IMG/VR virus record: IMGVR_UViG_3300050336_000030
Strand: one strand, 5' to 3'
DNA: 64,000 nt
Source of the DNA: a virus
Lineage: Duplodnaviria; Caudoviricetes
The translations under genes were made by a program, and so were the position numbers. The notes beneath the pieces are model-generated. The model was not told the origin of the DNA. It searched no databases and saw nothing but the letters and a program-made list of their open reading frames with translations. The stretch's first letter is position 1, and each line of letters opens with the position of its first letter. Positions 59,984-64,000 of the stretch are shown here, piece after piece.

Positions 59984-60038
59984 ATAACACGATAAAAAAC
60001 GATTTTTATTTTGATTTATAAAAAGGAGATGTTTTTAT

Positions 60039-60260
60039 TTGAAACATATTGTAACAACGGTGAATGAAAGAGCTGGAGTTTATCCAGTAGGAACAAGTTC
60101 TTGTTTTAATATAGGTATTAGTGGTAATTGTAAAAATAATTGCTACAAGTGTTCTGCATTTGATAATGATGAAATGACAGATCAGGATATTGTTGATAAT
60201 TTTGGAGTAGAAGAACAGGAACGTATGTTAAAAGAATTTGAAGAATGTGGTGATTTATAA
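60039..60260 (+). CDS. Small Cys-rich protein
   Basis: TTG start after AAGGAG; C..C..C..C. Confidence 0.55.
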   Translation: MKHIVTTVNERAGVYPVGTSSCFNIGISGNCKNNCYKCSAFDNDEMTDQDIVDNFGVEEQERMLKEFEECGDL

Positions 60261-60287
60261 ATAAAAAATTTTGTTGGAGGATTTTAA

Positions 60288-60461
60288 ATGGCAGCAATAT
60301 GTAAAGAGTGTGGATGTGAAGATTTAAGATTTGACGAAAATATAGGTTATTATTGCAATAACTGTTCTAGTGTAAATATTTTATATTTTAAACAATATGA
60401 AAGTGAAAATTTCACAATAAAACAATTAAAAAGTAAATATAAAGAGCAGATAAAAAAGTAA
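60288..60461 (+). CDS. Small zinc-ribbon protein
   Basis: SD GGAGG; CKECG..YYCNNCS. Confidence 0.55.
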   Translation: MAAICKECGCEDLRFDENIGYYCNNCSSVNILYFKQYESENFTIKQLKSKYKEQIKK

Positions 60462-60485
60462 TTTTGTTTAGATTAAAAAAAGGAG

Positions 60486-60740
60486 ATGATAAAAATGAGA
60501 TTAACTAATAAAACAGAACGTTGGAGTATGGGAAACGAAACGTATAAAGGGAAATACAAAGGATATGAATGTAATATTAGCTATTCTTCAGAATATTATA
60601 GTAAAATTCCATTTTGGTATTTTACATGTACTAGTAAGGAAGATAAAAGTTTTAATTCATTGTGGAATAGTTTAAAGTACAATACAAAAGAAGAGTGCCA
60701 TGATGCTTGTATAAAATATATTGATGAAGATTGTAAATGA
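60486..60740 (+). CDS. Hypothetical protein (paralog A)
   Basis: MRLTNKTERWSMG..YKGY..WYF..FNSLW. Confidence 0.6.
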   Translation: MIKMRLTNKTERWSMGNETYKGKYKGYECNISYSSEYYSKIPFWYFTCTSKEDKSFNSLWNSLKYNTKEECHDACIKYIDEDCK

Positions 60741-60776
60741 ACTTAAATTTTGTTTGGTTATAAGGAGGATGATAAG

Positions 60777-60992
60777 ATGAAATTAACTGATAAGACAGAT
60801 AAATGGAGTATGGGCAGTAGAAGATATGAAGGAAGAAAGAATGGATATAAAGTAGCAATTATTTTTTTAGCAAAAAGTTGGGCTGATGAAAACGAATATT
60901 GGTTTTATACGTTGTCTAATGATAACTATAGTTACAATTGTTTATGGGAAAAATTATTATTTACTAGTTATCCAACTAACTTTATATGGTAA
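60777..60992 (+). CDS. Hypothetical protein (paralog B, possibly C-terminally truncated)
   Basis: MKLTDKTDKWSMG..KNGY..WFY..YNCLW; SD AAGGAGG. Confidence 0.55.
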   Translation: MKLTDKTDKWSMGSRRYEGRKNGYKVAIIFLAKSWADENEYWFYTLSNDNYSYNCLWEKLLFTSYPTNFIW

Positions 60993-61031
60993 TTTGCAGA
61001 CCAAACGAGAATTTGGTAGTTATAGAAAGGA

Positions 61032-61241
61032 ATGATAATTATGGATGATATTATTCTATCCAGAGAAGCTTCTTTGAATTTAATTAAACAGTTATGTAAT
61101 CCTGACAAAGAAGCATTAGAAAAAAGAGATGAGTATTTAGCAAGCATATATCAAGCAGTAATAAAAAATAAAGATGGATCTATCACATTAATATGTGATG
61201 ATTTGGATTTGATCGAATTAGAACATCAATCGTCTGATTGA
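61032..61241 (+). CDS. Hypothetical protein
   Basis: ORF with SD AAAGGA. Confidence 0.55.
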   Translation: MIIMDDIILSREASLNLIKQLCNPDKEALEKRDEYLASIYQAVIKNKDGSITLICDDLDLIELEHQSSD

Positions 61242-61483
61242 TGTTTAAAAATGAAAAGGAGATTAAAATTATGGATAGTAAATTAGAGTATGAATTAAGT
61301 GAACAGTTGGAAACACCAAGCTTTGCCAAGATACATACAAAGGTTATGAGATTATGGTGTGAAGCTGAAGAAGGAACAGAAATGTTTGATAAGTTAAAAG
61401 ACATCATTGATACAATTGAGGAAGAACGAAAGAAATTAGAAAATGTTAAGTCATTAGCTTTTATGATAGCTAATAAATTATAG
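61238..61483 (+). CDS. Hypothetical protein
   Basis: Probable start at MDSKLEY after AAGGAG. Confidence 0.55.
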   Translation: MMFKNEKEIKIMDSKLEYELSEQLETPSFAKIHTKVMRLWCEAEEGTEMFDKLKDIIDTIEEERKKLENVKSLAFMIANKL

Positions 61484-61522
61484 ATGAAAGAATCATTTGA
61501 TGCTAAAAATAATTTTATAAAT

Positions 61523-61560
61523 GTACTTGACACGTACATGTTAAGTGTATATAATGGTAC
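61523..61560 (+). promoter_or_regulatory. Consensus sigmaA promoter with GTAC boxes
   Basis: TTGACA(61527)-17-TATAAT(61550); GTAC at 61523, 61534 and 61557. Confidence 0.7.
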
Positions 61561-61577
61561 TTGAAAGGAGGAACAAT

Positions 61578-61727
61578 ATGGCAAAGCAAAAGCAAAACAC
61601 TAAAAGAGTTAGTGTTTTCTTATCCCCAGAAATACATCAAGAATTACAATTAGAAGCAGAAGAAAAAGGAATGAATGTTAGTGCTTTAATTAGATTGATT
61701 ATAATGGAGAGAAGAACAAAAAAATAG
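61578..61727 (+). CDS. Ribbon-helix-helix (CopG-like) regulator
   Basis: TKRVSVFLSPEIHQELQLEAEEKGMNVSALIRLII; SD AAAGGAGG. Confidence 0.8.
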   Translation: MAKQKQNTKRVSVFLSPEIHQELQLEAEEKGMNVSALIRLIIMERRTKK

Positions 61728-61803
61728 TGGTTGCATCACCCTGAGAAAGTTAACAACCACTATAGCCATACTTTGCCACATAAACTCATAGGTGGATTGG
61801 CTA
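61718..61803 (-). ncRNA. Candidate small antisense RNA
   Basis: Minus-strand TTGAAA-17-TATAAT (extended TG) at 61837-61809; two hairpins; terminator TAGTGGTTG/CAACCACTA plus T7. Confidence 0.6.
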
Positions 61804-61863
61804 TTAATATTATAGCATAAATGGCTAATCCTTTCAAGTTGTTAAAGAAAGGAAACTATAATA

Positions 61864-62157
61864 ATGATTAAAGAAGAATTGAACAAAGCAATTAACATGC
61901 AAGAAGAATTTGGAAACCCATTTATTGTTGTATATAAACCTAAGAACAAAAATAAAATCGTTGAATTCGATTCTGATACAGCTGCATTTGACATTGTGGA
62001 AAATACAGTAATGTTTGACTTTTGGGAGATGGATGGATTTAATGTAAAGTTAGATAAAATCAAATCTATTCTGTTTGAAAAATTTTCAGATGCTATGACA
62101 ATTGTACATATTAGTTTAAAAAATAAAAATACGGTGATGCTACATTTTATGAAATAA
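61864..62157 (+). CDS. Hypothetical protein
   Basis: 97 aa with SD AAAGGA. Confidence 0.55.
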   Translation: MIKEELNKAINMQEEFGNPFIVVYKPKNKNKIVEFDSDTAAFDIVENTVMFDFWEMDGFNVKLDKIKSILFEKFSDAMTIVHISLKNKNTVMLHFMK

Positions 62158-62187
62158 TTTCTTGTGACTTGGGAAGGTGGTGATAAG

Positions 62188-63405
62188 ATGAAAGTCACAA
62201 GAGTAGAACAACAAATGATTAAGAAAAGTCACCCATTATGGAAAGTTATTGATGAAAAATGTTATCATTCTAAAAACTTATATAATGAAGCTAATTATGT
62301 AATCAGACAAGAGTTTATAAATAATGGTAAATATATTAATTACTATGATATGAACAAAGAATTTAAAACACACGATAATTATAAGCTATGCGGAAGTCAA
62401 CCTGCTAATTGTACTTTGAGGCTACTTGATAAGAACTGGAAATCTTTCTTTGTAGCTATAAAGGATTGGACTAAGAATAAAGAAAAATATCTTGGTATGC
62501 CAAAAATGCCAAAGTATCTTAAAAAGGATGGTAGATATATTTGGAGTATCCCTAACAATACCGTTTTCATTAAAGAAGCTGGTAAAATTCATTTTGCAAT
62601 AAGAAAAATGCAATCGTATAATTGGAAGACTAACGCAAAAGGCAGATTATTACAAGTAAGATTCGTACCAAGAGCAAACTTCTACATGATGGAAATTATA
62701 TATGAAACAGAAGTGATTGATATACCTTCAGATCTTAAATCTAGCAGAATTACATCAATTGATTTAGGGATAGACAACTTTATAACTATGACAAATAATA
62801 TCGGCATTCAGCCAATTATTATTAACGGTAAAGGTATTAAATCCATAAATCAATTTTATAACAAACAAAGAGCCAAGATGCAAAGTGAACTAAAAATAAG
62901 GCATAATAAGTTTACAAGTAACAAATTTATTGCAATGACTAACAAAAGAAATAGGCGAATCAAGAATTATATTCATTGTACTAGTAAATATATAGTCGAT
63001 TATTGCAAGAAAAATAACATTGACACATTAGTTTGTGGGATTAATAAGGAATGGAAGCAAGAATCAAGTATGAGTAAAGTTTCAAATCAAAAGTTTATTA
63101 CAATTCCTTATGATATGTTAATTAGCCAGCTAGAATACAAGTGTCAGGATTATGGCATTAAATTCATCACAACAGAAGAGAACTATACAAGCGGTACATC
63201 ATTCTTAGATGGTGAAATTCCATGTAAAGAAAATTATGATAAGAGCAGACGTATCAAGAGAGGTTTGTTTCAATCTAAAAATCAATTAATAAACAGCGAT
63301 GTAAATGGTTCACTACAAATCATGAAGAAAGTATTTCCAGATGCATTTAAGCAATGCTACGGAATAGAGGGTGTTCTAACCCCTGTAATTATAAGTGTAG
63401 CGTAA
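62188..63405 (+). CDS. tnpB: RNA-guided endonuclease TnpB (IS200/IS605/IS607-associated)
   Basis: SKNLYNEANY, PKYLKKDG, RuvC-I SIDLGIDN, TEENYTS, RuvC-III INSDVNGS; no transposase nearby. Confidence 0.9.
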   Translation: MKVTRVEQQMIKKSHPLWKVIDEKCYHSKNLYNEANYVIRQEFINNGKYINYYDMNKEFKTHDNYKLCGSQPANCTLRLLDKNWKSFFVAIKDWTKNKEKYLGMPKMPKYLKKDGRYIWSIPNNTVFIKEAGKIHFAIRKMQSYNWKTNAKGRLLQVRFVPRANFYMMEIIYETEVIDIPSDLKSSRITSIDLGIDNFITMTNNIGIQPIIINGKGIKSINQFYNKQRAKMQSELKIRHNKFTSNKFIAMTNKRNRRIKNYIHCTSKYIVDYCKKNNIDTLVCGINKEWKQESSMSKVSNQKFITIPYDMLISQLEYKCQDYGIKFITTEENYTSGTSFLDGEIPCKENYDKSRRIKRGLFQSKNQLINSDVNGSLQIMKKVFPDAFKQCYGIEGVLTPVIISVA

Positions 63406-63480
63406 TATGCTACATGATTTATTATAAATCGATTAATAATAATCGAATAGAATGTATATTTGATATGAGGAGAATAATTA

Positions 63481-63867
63481 ATGAAAAGAGATATGGATCT
63501 AGTAAGAAAAATTCTTTTTGCGATTGAAGAACAAAGTGATGGAACAGCTATATATGATCTTGAAATTGAAGGATATACAGACAAAGAAATTGCATATCAT
63601 TGTAAGATATTATTTGATGCAGGTTATTTACTTGATTATGATGCTCAATATGCAGACGGTGATTACTTGATTGGATTTGGTGTTGGTAATTTATCTTGGA
63701 ATGGAAACGAATTTTTGGACATTATTAGAAATGATACAGTATGGAATAAAACAAAAGATACTATAGTTAAAAATGGGTTATCCATGGTAGTCGATGTAAT
63801 AAAATCTATAGCAACTGATATTGTATCGAGTATGACACAGGCTGTTATTAAAGGCATGATACAATAA
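63481..63867 (+). CDS. DUF2513-family protein
   Basis: MKRDMDLVRKILFAIE..YHCKIL..LSWNGNEFLDIIR. Confidence 0.85.
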   Translation: MKRDMDLVRKILFAIEEQSDGTAIYDLEIEGYTDKEIAYHCKILFDAGYLLDYDAQYADGDYLIGFGVGNLSWNGNEFLDIIRNDTVWNKTKDTIVKNGLSMVVDVIKSIATDIVSSMTQAVIKGMIQ

Positions 63868-63904
63868 ATCGATGATTTGACAATGATTGAAAAGTGGTGA
63901 TATT

Positions 63905-64000
63905 ATGCAGTTAGCTGATAAATTAAAAGATCTTAGAGAAGAACATGGATATATGCAAAAAGATGTATCTCAAATGTTAGGAATAGCCCCTAATACCTTA
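63905..64000 (+). CDS. XRE HTH regulator, truncated by the window edge
   Basis: MQLADKLKDLREEHGYMQKDVSQMLGIAPNTL.. Confidence 0.75.
   Translation, partial: MQLADKLKDLREEHGYMQKDVSQMLGIAPNTL

Larger units (their letters stand above)
44010..63881. repeat. Dispersed 18-bp quasi-palindrome (ATAAAA-N6-TTTTAT-like) at gene boundaries
   Basis: About 19 copies at or just after stop codons in the early arm (listed in findings). Confidence 0.6.

Noticed and set aside
63430-63450. Putative TnpB guide ATTAATAATAAT matching ~52268 next to TTGAC
   Set aside because: A 12-nt all-A/T match is expected by chance in this genome, and the omegaRNA end is undefined.
252-63857. Short ORFs antisense to or nested in long genes (e.g. 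935-1318, 4901-5182, 9372-9701, 30009-30191, 42428-42658, 61183-61584)
   Set aside because: No SD, shadow-like composition, and overlap with better-supported genes or RNA elements.
1-64000. CRISPR array
   Set aside because: No regularly spaced near-identical repeats; the 18-bp motif is degenerate and separated by whole genes.

Overview
AT-rich segment of a large SPbeta/c-st-like temperate siphophage or phage-plasmid. The host is probably a low-GC Firmicute (Clostridia; inferred). The left arm (1-40245) is mostly on the minus strand and reads from right to left: a ParM-like actin/ParR-like/FtsK/Replic_Relax module, a putative replication initiator, a CoiA-like nuclease and a YonO-type single-subunit RNA polymerase. 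It continues with a ~580-nt candidate ornate ncRNA, a beta-CASP RNase, a metallophosphoesterase, and then terminase, portal, protease, capsid, neck and tail genes, a RuvC-like resolvase, a tyrosine recombinase, tape measure and Dit. A ~2-kb non-coding spacer with a strand-composition switch separates the arms. The right arm (43000-64000) is a plus-strand array of small early genes. It includes a peptide deformylase, a stand-alone MrpR-like core-binding domain, an XRE switch driving three ParB-fold genes, an HNH nuclease, a second tyrosine recombinase and a solo TnpB. The most notable signals were read directly from the sequence: a pistol ribozyme (52507-52578), a P5-type twister ribozyme (44275-44344), an anticodon-less tRNA mimic (43085-43131), the large pseudoknot-rich ncRNA candidate (30055-30632), and about 20 copies of an 18-bp 6-6-6 quasi-palindrome at gene boundaries that suggests a recombinase-driven cassette array. 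All protein calls rest on motif recognition and synteny; no database searches were run.
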